Notes: generated by a model not told the origin, from the sequence alone. Shown: positions 8,918-20,417, counted from the first letter of the stretch. The stretch is 64,000 bases of DNA from Dehalococcoidia bacterium (GCA_965197665.1 CBDANO010000005.1:757293-821292); one strand, 5' to 3'. A program made the numbers and translations.

Positions 8918-9592
8918 CTACCAGTCGAACTCGCTGGGCGGTTTGGGAGAGACCAGCACCTGTCCTCGGCGTTCCTGGAGGGTCTGGGCAGCTTCGCCGA
9001 CAGATTCCAGGATCTGGCTTGCCTGGGTCTCCGTCATGGGCTGGTCCTGCTCATCCGCTTCAGCGTCCCGCTCATCCTGCTCCTGCTCGTCCTCTTCTTC
9101 GTCTTGTTCTTCCTCTTCTTGTTGCTCGTCCTGTTGTTCTTCTTCCTGCTGTTGCTGGTCCTGCGGGGGCATCCGGGACAAGGCCAGTTCCAGATTGTGC
9201 TTGGCGTCCTCGTCTTCCGGGTTCATTCGAAGCACTTCTTCGTACGCCTCGACAGCATCAGGATAATTCTGCTGCTGAAAGGCGGTATTGCCCCGGTTGA
9301 AGAACCCACGGGCCCGCAACTCGCCCCCGGAGCGCCGCAGCGACTCGTCATAGCTTTGCAGCGCTTCCTCGTATTCCTCCGTCCGGTAGAGCGCGTTGCC
9401 GGAGTTGTAGTGTGGCTCACCGGATTCGGGAGCGCGGCCCTGCGCGTCCAGATAGGACTCAAGAGCGCTGGTATAGTCGCCGTTCAGGTAAGGCCCGTGG
9501 CCCGAGTTGTTGACTTGCGCCGGGGTGGGACCGCAGCCCAGCAGGCAGACCGCGAGAAGCGTAACGACAATCAGGATTTGGCGTGCAGGCAT
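8918..9592 (-). CDS. batC: BatC-like TPR lipoprotein with poly-acidic tract
   Basis: Lipobox CLLGC. TPR repeats (YNSGNALYRTEEYEEALQSYDESL, FNRGNTAFQQQNYPDAVEAYEEVL). About 45 aa of Q/E/D low complexity. Confidence 0.75.
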   Translation of the reverse strand: MPARQILIVVTLLAVCLLGCGPTPAQVNNSGHGPYLNGDYTSALESYLDAQGRAPESGEPHYNSGNALYRTEEYEEALQSYDESLRRSGGELRARGFFNRGNTAFQQQNYPDAVEAYEEVLRMNPEDEDAKHNLELALSRMPPQDQQQQEEEQQDEQQEEEEQDEEEDEQEQDERDAEADEQDQPMTETQASQILESVGEAAQTLQERRGQVLVSPKPPSEFDW

Positions 9593-9593
9593 C

Positions 9594-10631
9594 TCAGGTT
9601 CCCTCCGAGGGTGCTTGCCGCCTTGTTCGCCGGGGAATAAACAGCCGGTCGGTCGTCAGCTCGGCCAGCGCCAAGCAGAGGGCGCCCGCGAGCAGGAACA
9701 ATTGGAACCGCTCCACCTTCCTCTGGTTGAACTCGCTCTGGAGGCTCTGGTCCTGGAACGCCTGAATCTCGTCGGCCAACCCGGCGATGGAGCCGCCGTC
9801 AGTTGCCCGGAAGTAACGGCCTCCGCCCCTCTCAGCGACCTGTTGCAGCGCTACCTCATCGATTCTTGAGATGAGCACCTGGCCCTGCGCATCCTGCCGG
9901 TAGCCGGTGATTTCCCCGCGTTCGTCATACTCGGGCACCGGTCCTCCATCCGGCGAGCCGAAGCCCACGGTGTAGATTACTGCGCCCTGCCCCGCAGCCT
10001 CGCGAGCAGCGGTAACGGGGTCGCCTTCATGATTTTCGCCGTCGGTCATGATGACGATGACCTTCTGATTCTCACGCTCGGTGCTGAACCCTGCCATGGC
10101 CGTCTCGATGGCCTCCCCGATGACCGTGCCCTGTCGGGTAATTGCGTTGGGCCTGGCGTGGTTAAGGTAGGTGCGGGCAGTGGCGTAGTCGGAAGTCAGC
10201 GGGAATTGGATGAAGCTGGCCCCCGAGAACAGCACGATGCCGACCTCGTCTCCCTCCAGCCTGGAGATGAGGTCGGAAATTTCCAGCTTTGCCCGGTCGA
10301 GTCGAGTGGGCTTCAGGTCCTGGGCCAGCATACTGCGGGAGATATCCAGGGCGACCATTACCTGGACGCCGCCCTGCTCAACGATCTCGATGTCGCTTCC
10401 CCACTGGGGCCGCGCCAGGGACAGGATCAGCAGCGCGACACCAACAAACCAGAGGGCCAGCCGGAAACCGCGCACTCCGCGTCCAGCCGCTAGGCCCAGC
10501 CGTTCTAGGAGGGCCGAATCACCAATCCGCCGTAGCGCTGCGGCACGACGGGCCCACGCCCACCACAGGAAAAGCGCCAGCGCGGGCAGCGCAGCCAGCA
10601 AGAGCAGGAATTGCGGCGCTCCGAAGGTCAT
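9594..10631 (-). CDS. batB: VWA-domain membrane protein, BatB-like
   Basis: Two N-terminal TM segments, MIDAS VALDISRSM, IVIMTDGENH, C-terminal TM. Confidence 0.8.
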   Translation of the reverse strand: MTFGAPQFLLLLAALPALALFLWWAWARRAAALRRIGDSALLERLGLAAGRGVRGFRLALWFVGVALLILSLARPQWGSDIEIVEQGGVQVMVALDISRSMLAQDLKPTRLDRAKLEISDLISRLEGDEVGIVLFSGASFIQFPLTSDYATARTYLNHARPNAITRQGTVIGEAIETAMAGFSTERENQKVIVIMTDGENHEGDPVTAAREAAGQGAVIYTVGFGSPDGGPVPEYDERGEITGYRQDAQGQVLISRIDEVALQQVAERGGGRYFRATDGGSIAGLADEIQAFQDQSLQSEFNQRKVERFQLFLLAGALCLALAELTTDRLFIPRRTRRQAPSEGT

Positions 10632-10636
10632 AACCT

Positions 10637-11608
10637 CTACGGTATCCTCCTGAACGCGGTTCGGGAGAGCAACACCTCAAGCAGAATCAGCAACAGGGCT
10701 GGCGCCAGGAACCAGGCCAGAACCTCCCGATAGCGGGTGAAGACAAGGACCTCGACCTCCGATTTCTCCAGCGCGTTGATCTCCGCGTAAATGCCCCGCA
10801 GACCTCCAGTGTCCGTGGCCCGGTAGTATTTGGCGCTGGTGACGTCCGCGATTTCCTGGAGTGTCTCCTCGTCCAAGGGGCTCTCTTCTGCTGCAACGCC
10901 GGTCTGGGTAGTCCCCACGCCAATGGTGTACAGCTTGATGTCAAGGGCTTCCGCAGCGGTGGCCACCGTTATCGGGTCAACTGGACCCGAGTTGTTTACG
11001 CCGTCCGTGAGAAGGGTAACCAGCCGGCTTTCCGAGTCGGAGTCCTTCAGCATATTGGCGGCCGTCGCCAAGCCGCTGCCGATGGCCGTTCCGTCTTCGA
11101 TGCCCAGCTGGTCTGCCAAGTGCACGTCGCTCAGCAGGCGAAGGAGGACATCGTGGTCTAAAGTGGGTGGACTCTGGATAAACGCCTCCTGAGAGAAAAC
11201 GACCAGCCCGATGCGGTCGTACTGCCGCTCCTCGATGAATTCGGCAATTATCTGTTTTGCCGCTGCCAGCCGGTGAGGGGCGAAGTCCGTCTGTCCCATG
11301 CTGCCGGATATGTCCAGGGCGATGGCTATATCCACCCCTTCGCCTCGGATGACCTCACGGGCATCCGCTATCTGCGGCCGGGCGGCGGCGACAATCACCA
11401 GCGCCAATGCGATAAACCGCAGGGCCGAAACGTAGGGCATCAGACGGAGCCGCACCGACCGACCGCCAGCGGAGACCAGGCCGGTGTCGGCGTATATCAT
11501 TGCCGCAGGCCCCATCAGGCCTCGCCGCAAGCGGGGCAACGCTGCCAGGAGAGGCACTGCGAGCAGCAGAAACAGCAGCCACGGGGACCCGAAGCTGAGA
11601 TCGCTCAC
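10637..11608 (-). CDS. batA: VWA-domain membrane protein, BatA-like
   Basis: GTG start overlapping the upstream stop (GTGA). N-terminal TMs, MIDAS IALDISGSM, VTLLTDGVNN, C-terminal TM. Confidence 0.8.
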   Translation of the reverse strand: MSDLSFGSPWLLFLLLAVPLLAALPRLRRGLMGPAAMIYADTGLVSAGGRSVRLRLMPYVSALRFIALALVIVAAARPQIADAREVIRGEGVDIAIALDISGSMGQTDFAPHRLAAAKQIIAEFIEERQYDRIGLVVFSQEAFIQSPPTLDHDVLLRLLSDVHLADQLGIEDGTAIGSGLATAANMLKDSDSESRLVTLLTDGVNNSGPVDPITVATAAEALDIKLYTIGVGTTQTGVAAEESPLDEETLQEIADVTSAKYYRATDTGGLRGIYAEINALEKSEVEVLVFTRYREVLAWFLAPALLLILLEVLLSRTAFRRIP

Positions 11609-12674
11609 GGGGCTGCTCCATGTACGGCAGGCGCAGGACCCGGCGCCCCGGGAACGGACGGCTTCGTGGCCTCAACTATGCTCCGTACCAGGACTGCGGC
11701 TTCGTTCGCCCGGGCTGCGTTTGGCTCGTGGTTGGCGAACTTCACTAGGTCCGCTTCCTGGAGCAACTCGATGACCAGCCTGGAATTTCCGTGATCGAGA
11801 GCCGACTGCCAAATGCCTGCAGCAATTTCCTCCGTCGACATTTCGTCAGCGTCCTGGCCACCCACGTTTCGCAGGTATGTCGCTCCCAGGTAGGTGCGCA
11901 GCGCCGCTGCCAAAAGGGTGTAATGCTCCTTCATCTCGCCTCTGCCTGGCAGGCCGAGGGCAGCAATCCGGTCCAGTTCCTGGGTCGCGACTTCCCAGGG
12001 AGTACGCAGGTCCGGCGGGGGTCCAGCTGGGGCGTCGGTACGGCGCGACCGGCGAAGGAAGGAAAAGGCGATTCCACACAGCAATACAACAACTGCGACC
12101 GCAATCAGTACGAGAACTATCGTCCGCTCCCAAAGCGGAGTTGTCAGGTCTGCGGGAGGACGGAGGTCTTTCAGTTCATCATCCGGGGACGACAATACGG
12201 AGTTCACGGTCAACCGCATGGGGTTGGGTGAGACCTGCACCACTGTTCCATCAGGACCGCGAACTGAAACGGGAAGATCCGGGGTCTCAAAGGTGCCGGG
12301 CGCAAACAGCGTAACCCGAAACTGCTTTGCGACCGTTCGGAACCCGTCGGTGAGGGAAACTGTCTGCACGGACGTCTGCCCTTGGACCTCGAATGGCCCC
12401 CATTCCGGTTCCAGCCGGGGAATAACTACTGTCGAGTCCTCGGGATGTGAAACTACGAGGCTCAGCGTTATCAGGTCGCCCACGGTCAGCTCGGAAGAAT
12501 CGGCCGCCAGGGATACCCGGACACCGGGCGGCGGGCCGCTCTGGGCAGGCACGGCGGCAACGGCCACAATGGACAACGCCGTGGCAACCAGGAGAGATAA
12601 CAACCCCCAAGCGCTCATACGGCGCCGTCCACCGCGGAAGGGGAAGTACAGTTGCCCGGGAGCAAGAGGCAATA

Positions 12675-12678
<4 letters not shown>
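11605..12678 (-). CDS. Membrane protein with BatD-like N-terminal region and DUF4381-like C-terminal region
   Basis: ORF 11605..12861 trimmed to the ATG at 12678, which overlaps the DUF58 stop (ATGA coupling). Signal/TM, extracytoplasmic beta-rich part, TM (IVLVLIAVAVVVLLCGIAF), helical tail ending ...ADLVKFANHEP. Confidence 0.6.
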
Positions 12679-13562
<884 letters not shown>

Positions 13563-14558
13563 CTAGGGCACTTCGACGTTGTCCAGGATGCGCTGGACTA
13601 TCTGCTCGCTGGTCACATCTTGGGCCTCGGCCTCAAAGGTGGTTATCACCCGGTGCCGCAGCACATCGGGCGCTAGCTGCTTGATGTCGTCGGGGACGAC
13701 GTAGCCGCGCCCCTTGACGAACGCATAGGCCCGGGCCGCTGCTATGAGGAATATGCCAGCCCGGGGAGACGCGCCGAAGGAGATAAGGTTCGTCAAGTCG
13801 TCGAGACCCGCCACTCCGGGATTCCTGGTCGCAATCACGAGGTCAAGCACGTAGTCCTTGATCTTTTCGTCCACGTATACCTGGCGGACGATTTCCCGAG
13901 CGCTCAGGATGTATTGGGAGTCCACTACGGGCTGCACGTTCAGCGGGGCGCCCGACGTCATGCGCTCGATGATCTCCCGCTCCTCGGAACGGGCCGGATA
14001 ATCGACGATCACCTTGAGCATAAACCGGTCAACTTGAGCCTCCGGCAGCGGGTAGGTGCCCTCCTGCTCGATGGGGTTCTGCGTCGCCAGCACCAGGAAC
14101 GGCTTGTCGATAGGGAACGTCTCGTCACCAATGGTGACCTGTCCCTCCTGCATGGCTTCCAACAGGGCGCTCTGGACCTTCGCCGGCGCCCTGTTGACCT
14201 CGTCCGCCAGGACGAGGTTGGAGAAGACCGGTCCCTTCTGGACGCTGAATTCGCCGGTGCGGGGGTTGTAAATGCGAGTGCCGATCAGGTCGGCAGGCAG
14301 CAGGTCGGGGGTGAACTGGATGCGGGAGAATCCCGCCTGGATTGCTTGGCCGATGGTCTTGACCAGCAACGTCTTGGCCAGCCCCGGCACACCCTCCAGC
14401 AGGATGTGCCCGTCGGCCAGCAGCGCGACCATGGCCCGCTCCACCAGCCGGTCCTGCCCGATAATGGCCTTTCGAATCTCGCCGTCCAGTACCTGGACGA
14501 ACCGCGCCTCTTTTTCTACCAAATCGTTTATCTGTCGAAAGCCTGTTAGGGTAGACAT
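13563..14558 (-). CDS. moxR: MoxR-family AAA+ ATPase
   Basis: Walker A LLEGVPGLAKT, Walker B VLADEVNRA, FLVLATQNPIEQEGTYPLPEAQVDRF. ORF 13563..14771 trimmed to ATG 14558, preceded by AAAGGAG, giving 331 aa (typical size). Confidence 0.9.
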   Translation of the reverse strand: MSTLTGFRQINDLVEKEARFVQVLDGEIRKAIIGQDRLVERAMVALLADGHILLEGVPGLAKTLLVKTIGQAIQAGFSRIQFTPDLLPADLIGTRIYNPRTGEFSVQKGPVFSNLVLADEVNRAPAKVQSALLEAMQEGQVTIGDETFPIDKPFLVLATQNPIEQEGTYPLPEAQVDRFMLKVIVDYPARSEEREIIERMTSGAPLNVQPVVDSQYILSAREIVRQVYVDEKIKDYVLDLVIATRNPGVAGLDDLTNLISFGASPRAGIFLIAAARAYAFVKGRGYVVPDDIKQLAPDVLRHRVITTFEAEAQDVTSEQIVQRILDNVEVP

Positions 14559-15043
14559 TGCTATTTTGGGCTCCTTTAACAAGTGGCTGTTCGATCTGCC
14601 AGGACGACTGCCGGTAAGTACCCATATGCGCTCTGGCTCTCTTCCAACGGAGAGCCTTTCTCGAGGTCGGAATCTCTTGACGGTATGACATCCGGTGTAT
14701 GTCTTTGCCGCCGCTTGCTGGGACATACCTGGCACGCCGGGCGGCGGAATCGCGGTAGGGTATGGTGTCACCGTTGGATACGGGGTGGATGTCGGATACG
14801 GAGTCGATGTGGAATAAGGCGCGTTATCCCCGATTGCGGTACCTTGGACTGTGCCGCAGATGTCGGAGCATCAACCGTGTTCTTCATTTTCTCACCCGGA
14901 ATTCGGTGGTAGGGCACTTGGCGGGGTCAATCGCTACGCCCAATATCGATGTGCGATCCAGGGCTTTGGAGAATCAGGCTAACAGTGGATGAGCTTTACC
15001 CATTCAGGTTCCCAGACTTTTGTCGGAGGTTCGTTTTTTCCTC

Positions 15044-16114
15044 TTATCTCATATGCCGCCAGTAATCCGTTTCGGGCCCGGAGGTGGGAAGTTGGTCGAG
15101 AAACCCTTGAATCAGCCTTGGCGTGAGTGCCGGGCTGGTGGGGTCGAGGTGACGGGCGGCGGCGGCGATGTAGGGCTGGCTTATGCGCCCGAGATATTGG
15201 GATACCCCCTCCGATCGTATGTTACTCAGGGCGTCCGTGTAGAACGACAATACATGGTCGTTGCCTATTTGCATGCCGGCCCCGACCGCCCCGGCAGCCA
15301 CCAGCGTGGAGACGGCCAATATCGAGTGTTTCTGCTCTCGCGCGACTTCACTCAGTTGCGCAAAGACATCGGCAAGGCGTTGTGGTCCCGGAATCAATTC
15401 GGCATGCTCCCGGAGCAGGTCCACGGCGTCGCGCATATCGGCTATCGCCACAGGCGGAATGTCGATTGCATCCGCCGCCTGGCTGGAGGCACCTTCTAGG
15501 AGGGTGAGAAGGTCATTGACGGTGGAGACGGCGGTGCTTTCAGGAAGTACGTTCACGCGCTTGAGTTCCCTTACGAAGGTGTCCAGGTAGACGCGGGTCC
15601 CGTTGGTAACGTCGGAAGCTGCGGCGAGGAACCAGAGGGGCGAAAATCCCACGGTGAAGACACACCCGAGTTCCACAACGTTGCCAGCCACCTTGCGCTT
15701 GACCAACTCCGGGGCCGACATCTCCGACGGAAAACGCCCCTCCACGCCGCCGACAAACTCCACGGTGATCCGGAATGGACGGGCGACCGTGCACTGATAT
15801 AGTTTCGATTCCCGGGCTGCCGGCGGCAATATATGGTCAGCGGCCTCCAGTAGCAGACCCCCGCCTCCGGCTGCCGTGGCGCGGAGCAGGCGTTCCGGCA
15901 AAGATACCATATACCCTGCCAGGGACCCCCGACTTTCCTGCCCGGGGCTCTTGGCGTCCTGGGTCTCTGGAGCTGTCTGTTCACGTTCCTCTGGCACCGC
16001 TTCCTCCCGCCTGTTCATGCCCGGGAAATGGAAACTACTTTCGTCGCCTTTGAATGCCCAATGTTGCGCCTCCCGTTCTTCGGCAATGATGCCTATCTTA
16101 GAACCTCTTGTCAA
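15044..16114 (-). CDS. Hypothetical protein
   Basis: 356-aa ORF with coding-like composition. No family recognised by eye. An internal start is possible. Confidence 0.45.
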   Translation of the reverse strand: MTRGSKIGIIAEEREAQHWAFKGDESSFHFPGMNRREEAVPEEREQTAPETQDAKSPGQESRGSLAGYMVSLPERLLRATAAGGGGLLLEAADHILPPAARESKLYQCTVARPFRITVEFVGGVEGRFPSEMSAPELVKRKVAGNVVELGCVFTVGFSPLWFLAAASDVTNGTRVYLDTFVRELKRVNVLPESTAVSTVNDLLTLLEGASSQAADAIDIPPVAIADMRDAVDLLREHAELIPGPQRLADVFAQLSEVAREQKHSILAVSTLVAAGAVGAGMQIGNDHVLSFYTDALSNIRSEGVSQYLGRISQPYIAAAARHLDPTSPALTPRLIQGFLDQLPTSGPETDYWRHMR

Positions 16115-16298
16115 AGGACGTCAGGGTTCAAATGCACCCCTACTCAGTACTGAGCGACCCCAGGCGATGCCGACCATACTTGCAACTCCGGCAGGGTCTC
16201 CGCATGGACGGGGAAGCGGAGGCGGCGCAGGTCCCCGTGGGCCAGGTGGAGCAGCGCTCCCTGGATGTATACGAACGGGCCACCGTGGGAGGCGTCAG

Positions 16299-17125
16299 GT
16301 GATCGCCTTGGAACAGGCCCGCCGGCGCCTGGAGAGTCTCGAGCTCAATCGGGCGGTGTAAGTCCCGGACAACACCCTGGACGTTCCCACCCACATGCAG
16401 CTGACCCATCCCGAGATGCTGGAACAGCTGCTGGGTGTCGAGGTGGCGGCCCGTAGGGAGCGCTATCTTTCCACCAGGACCAAGATGGCCCACCTGCCCT
16501 TCCAGCGCACATTGGAGCAGTTCGACTTCACCTTCCAGCCCTCCATCGACGAGCGGCAGGTCAAGGAGATGGCCAGCCTGGCCTTTGTGCCCGAGGCCAC
16601 CAACATCCTGCTCCTTGGCTCTCCCGGCGTGGGCAAGACTCACCTGGCGGTGGCCTTGGCCAAGAAGGCCGTCGAGCGTGGCTACGGGGCCTGCTTCGTC
16701 CGGGCCTACGACCTGATGGAGGACCTGCGCAAGGCCAGGCGGAGCACAGCCTGGACCGTCGCATGCGGGTCTACCTGGCTCCCAAAGTGCTGGTAGTGGA
16801 CGAGTTCGGCATCTGGCCCTATGACCGGGACTCGGCCACCGCCTTATTCACCCTGGTGTCTGCCCGGTACGAGCGAGGCAGCATCATCCTGACCTCCAAC
16901 AAGGGCTTCGGCGAGTGGGGAGAACTCTTGGGCGACACGGTCATCGCCTCAGCCATCCTGGACCGGCTATTGCACCATAGCCACGTGCTGAACATCCGGG
17001 GCGAAAGCTACCGGCTGAAGGAGAAACGACAAGCAGGATTGTTTAGCTCACACCAAGTATTCGGCGTGGGATCAGGGGAAGCGACCGCGGAAAGCTCAAG
17101 GACTCCGGTGGTGGGTCAAAACTAA
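16299..17125 (+). pseudogene. istB: IS21-family IstB helper ATPase, disrupted
   Basis: LEQFDFTFQPSIDERQ, Walker A LLGSPGVGKTHLAVAL, Walker B LVVDEFG, ILTSNKGFGEWGE, LDRLLHHSHVLNIRGESYRLKEKR. In-frame TAA at 16359 and a frameshift near 16740..16765. No istA upstream. Confidence 0.8.
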
Positions 17126-17176
17126 ACCGGCGATCGCCGGCAACAGACAGGGGTGGGTCAATTTTAGATCGGCGAT
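17110..17176 (+). repeat. Two direct repeats GGTGGGTCAA-N-(A/T)A(A/G)A(C/T)CGGCGAT, probable IS21 right-end multiple repeats
   Basis: GGTGGGTCAAAACTAAACCGGCGAT starts at 17110 and GGTGGGTCAATTTTAGATCGGCGAT at 17152, just after the istB stop. IS21-family ends carry repeated transposase-binding motifs. Confidence 0.5.
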
Positions 17177-17178
17177 GG

Positions 17179-18811
17179 TGTCATTGCTCTACGATAACGT
17201 CCCCGTAAATTGCTCAGGGAAAATGTCCGTCTATGAAGGACGTGACATTGAACCAACGAGAGCAGGCAAGACTCCAAGTACTCAACAGCGTGATGGAGCT
17301 TCAACTGCCCAAGGCCCAGGCGGCCGAACTTCTGGGGATCAGTGAACGCCAGCTTCGGCGAGTCTTAGCGGCCTACCGGAGGGACGGGGCCGCCGCACTG
17401 GTCCACGGCAACCGGGGCCGCAAGCCCCGCAATGCGGTCCCCGAGGATGTCGCTGCCGCCGCGGTGATTCTGGCCAGCGAGAAGTACGCCGGATTCAACC
17501 ACAGCCACTTCACCGAAGTGCTGGCGGATCGGGAGGGTATTCACCTGAGCCGTCAGACGGTAAGCCGCCTTCTCAACCGCCATGGCCTGACCAGCGCCAG
17601 GCAGCATCGTCCTCCCAAGCACAGGGTCCGACGGGAACGGATGCCCCAGGAGGGCATGCTGCTGCAGATCGACGGCAGCCATCACCGCTGGCTGGAGCAT
17701 AGAGGACCCAGATTCGTCCTGCTGCTGGCGGTGGACGATGCCACCGGGACGGTGGCCAATGCTCTCTTCCGACCGGAGGAGGACACCCGGGGCTACTTCC
17801 TGCTGATGGAGGGAGTCATACGCGGCTATGGGATCCCCCTGGCCATCTACGGCGATCGCCACGGTGTCTTCAAGTTCAACGGCAAGCCCCGGCACATTAC
17901 CCAGCCCGTGGGCCCAACCCAGTTCACCCGGGCCATGGGGGAATTGGGTATTGAACAGATCTTTGCCCGTTCGCCACAGGCCAAGGGACGGGTGGAACGC
18001 ATGGCCGGCACATTCCAGGACCGGCTGGTCAGCGAACTCAGGCTGGCGGGAGCCGCCGCCATCGACCAAGCCAACGCCGTGCTGCGGGACTTCCTACCCC
18101 ACTTCAACAACCATTTCCGTGTGCCTGCCCAGCAGGTCCAGGCAGCCTATCGTTCCCTGGACTCCTCCCTGCATCTGGAACGAGTCCTATGCTTCAAGCA
18201 CGGGCGCCAAGTAGCCAGGGACAACACCGTCAAGTACCAATTGCGCACCCTGCAGCTGCTCCCCGATCAGGATCGGTCCAGCTATGCCGGCGTCAAGGTG
18301 GAGGTGCTGGAGCGGAGCGACGGGCAGCTAATGGTCCAGCACGAGGGGAAAGTGATTGCCCACCAGGAGGCTCCGCCCAAGGCGGGAGCGCTGCGGGCCG
18401 CCCAGGGGGCTCTGGCTCCTACTCCCGAACTGGCCCAGGTGGTCAGGAACCTGAGCCGGCATGGTCTCACCAAGTCACAGCTGCAGCGCCTGGCCGCCTT
18501 GGGAGCGCCTGTCGACCAACCGATGGATGATGCGAACGGCCCCACCTCTTACACTCCGCCGCCCAGGCAGGCAACGCCGCCCAAGCAGGCCTTGTGGAAA
18601 GCTGTCCACCACGCCAAGCTACAGGGTGTCTCCCTGAGGAGCATCGCCAAGCTACTGGGTATTTCCAGAAACACGGTCAGGAAGTACGTTGAGTTGTCGG
18701 CTCCGCCCATCAACCGGACTCCCAGACGGTCTACCCTTTCAGTAACTCAGCACCACACCAACGGACATTTTCCCTGAGCACTTAGGCGGACGTTTTCGCT
18801 GGACAGCGACA
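17179..18811 (+). mobile_element. ISNCY-like insertion sequence (rve-type DDE transposase) with about 50-bp imperfect terminal inverted repeats
   Basis: The left end TGTCATTGCTCT...TGCTCAGGGAAAATGTCCGT is inverted at the right end ACGGACATTTTCCCTGAGCA...CAGCGACA. The innermost 20 nt are identical. The IRs overlap the transposase start and stop codons. Confidence 0.7.
17233..18777 (+). CDS. ISNCY-like transposase (HTH + integrase-core DDE)
   Basis: N-terminal HTH (AAELLGISERQLRRVLAAYRRDGAAALVHGNRGR). LLQIDGSHHRWL...LLLAVDDATG, AIYGDRHGVF, SPQAKGRVERMAGTFQDRLVSELRL. C-terminal second HTH (LRSIAKLLGISRNTVRKY). Confidence 0.85.
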   Translation: MKDVTLNQREQARLQVLNSVMELQLPKAQAAELLGISERQLRRVLAAYRRDGAAALVHGNRGRKPRNAVPEDVAAAAVILASEKYAGFNHSHFTEVLADREGIHLSRQTVSRLLNRHGLTSARQHRPPKHRVRRERMPQEGMLLQIDGSHHRWLEHRGPRFVLLLAVDDATGTVANALFRPEEDTRGYFLLMEGVIRGYGIPLAIYGDRHGVFKFNGKPRHITQPVGPTQFTRAMGELGIEQIFARSPQAKGRVERMAGTFQDRLVSELRLAGAAAIDQANAVLRDFLPHFNNHFRVPAQQVQAAYRSLDSSLHLERVLCFKHGRQVARDNTVKYQLRTLQLLPDQDRSSYAGVKVEVLERSDGQLMVQHEGKVIAHQEAPPKAGALRAAQGALAPTPELAQVVRNLSRHGLTKSQLQRLAALGAPVDQPMDDANGPTSYTPPPRQATPPKQALWKAVHHAKLQGVSLRSIAKLLGISRNTVRKYVELSAPPINRTPRRSTLSVTQHHTNGHFP

Positions 18812-18869
18812 TAATTCTCGCTCACTTTAAACCCGTAACTAACACCAGTTAGCGAGGACGGAATCGCTG

Positions 18870-19533
18870 AGCAATAACATGGGACACAGTCCTATGCCTG
18901 AAGTACAGGCGCAGGGTTGGCCGGGACAACACTGTGAAGTACCGCTGGCGTACCCTGCAGCTGCTTCCCGATAGGGGTCGACCGAGCTATGCCGGGTCGG
19001 TGGTGGATGTGCTCGAAGGGCTGGACGGACGACTCGCAGTGCAACACGAAGGGCGTGTAGTCGCCTCCCAGGAAGCGCCTCCCCGTCCAAGTATCCTGCG
19101 CAGCTTCGACACGAGGACCGTACACACGACTGTTCCCAGCCGCCACACCAACGGTGTCATCAGGAGGTCGGAGGACGAAGTGGCGTCAATAGGCACAATC
19201 CTCGAAGTGAACAAACTCCGCGACGATGCTGACCGCAACGGCGCCGCAAGAGTTCGCAGGACTGCGACTCCGCGATCCGGAAAGCCCACCCCACTTCAGA
19301 CGGCGAGATGGAAGGCGGTGCAGAAGGCGAAGCGCAAGGGGCTGTCCATTCGTGGGATCGCCCGGGAACTGGGCATACACAGAGACACCGTGAGGAAGTA
19401 CATGCACGCTGAAAGCCCACCCATGTCGCGCGCTCGCGAAACGTCGGAAGTACCGTGATCTGCTAGCATGACAATCTACATAGAGGACATTTCCCCTTGA
19501 CACTTAGGCGGACAGAATCCCTGAGCGTCGAAA
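18870..19533 (+). pseudogene. 5'-truncated second copy of the ISNCY-like element (last ~190 codons plus right end)
   Basis: VLCLKYRRRVGRDNTVKYRWRTLQLLPDRGRPSYAG... parallels residues ~330-514 of the 17233 transposase. The right-end motif GGACATTTCCCCTTGACACTTAGGCGGAC is repeated at 19484..19512. Confidence 0.75.
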
Positions 19534-19538
19534 CCCTA

Positions 19539-20417
19539 ATGGCCCAACTTCCCGCCGCCCTTGACAGCTGGCACATCGAGGGCGCCGTTGACATATTTGC
19601 GTTCTCCAAAGTATTGCCTGGCCGGTGCATTCTGGTGCTGGACGAAATCCAGGCGCTGCTATCTCGGTATCGCCAAGCCAACACCGGCCAGATGGAATTC
19701 GTCGGCGGGATTGCCGGGCTGCGCAAGCAGCGCATACATCCGTTGGGGGCCACGTCGCAGGAACCCGAAGTAGCAAATAACTTTCTCCGGGAATGCGACT
19801 GGATATACTACCCCATGAGAAAGAGGCGGCACCCTCAGATGGGCGGTCCTGGCCGGAATCATTATCCGCCGTGGTGCCACCTGCGGATTGAAGCCGCCGG
19901 GCCTAAGCCGCTGCGAGGAAAGACGGTGGAAGAACAGTTCGGCATCGGCGTAGCCCGGACCAAGCCCAAGCGGAAGGTTGTCCGGGGAATCACTCCCGCC
20001 AACATCTACGAAACGGCGGCGTTACAGTTTTCCTTTGCCGCTCTCCTCCATGGCAAGGCCGCCGGTAAGAACGTCATGGCCAAGGACATGCGGGAGGCGC
20101 TGAATGACGTAGATGTGATTGACTTCGACACCGAGGATATCGACGAGCCCGAGGTTGACAACGACACTCCGGCCTATGAAGTCTTTCAGGAAACAATGGA
20201 GCAGGAAAAGATGTTGCTCGGCAGTCTGTGGGCGCGGCTGCAAAGCAATGAGGCCATGGTGCGCAAAGGGCATTTGCAAATGGACTACATGATGTTTCAA
20301 TTGCAGACGGCAGGATTCTCCTACAGTCAGACTCAGGTGGAGGAGACACTCGGGCGGTGGCTCAACCACCGGCCGGGCCGCGACGTGAAATTAGCGGATA
20401 TCAGGGACCTATTTTGA
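19539..20417 (+). CDS. Hypothetical protein with acidic central region, possibly 5'-truncated by the IS
   Basis: ORF 19497..20417 begins inside the IS end; the first ATG after the IS end is 19539. Contains ILVLDEIQ (Walker-B-like) and DVDVIDFDTEDIDEPEVDND. No family recognised. Confidence 0.4.
   Translation: MAQLPAALDSWHIEGAVDIFAFSKVLPGRCILVLDEIQALLSRYRQANTGQMEFVGGIAGLRKQRIHPLGATSQEPEVANNFLRECDWIYYPMRKRRHPQMGGPGRNHYPPWCHLRIEAAGPKPLRGKTVEEQFGIGVARTKPKRKVVRGITPANIYETAALQFSFAALLHGKAAGKNVMAKDMREALNDVDVIDFDTEDIDEPEVDNDTPAYEVFQETMEQEKMLLGSLWARLQSNEAMVRKGHLQMDYMMFQLQTAGFSYSQTQVEETLGRWLNHRPGRDVKLADIRDLF

Noticed and set aside
13914-14549. Long antisense or alternative-frame ORFs inside well-supported genes. 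Examples: 13914..14549 +, 12867..13676 +, 16140..16643 -, 25659..26420 -, 30562..31287 +, 31786..32595 -, 51472..52473 -, 54074..54754 -, 57344..58033 +, 60126..60785 +.
   Set aside because: They overlap genes with clear family signatures on the other strand or frame. Their Arg/Gly/Pro/His-rich composition is typical of shadow ORFs in high-GC DNA, and they carry no recognisable motifs.
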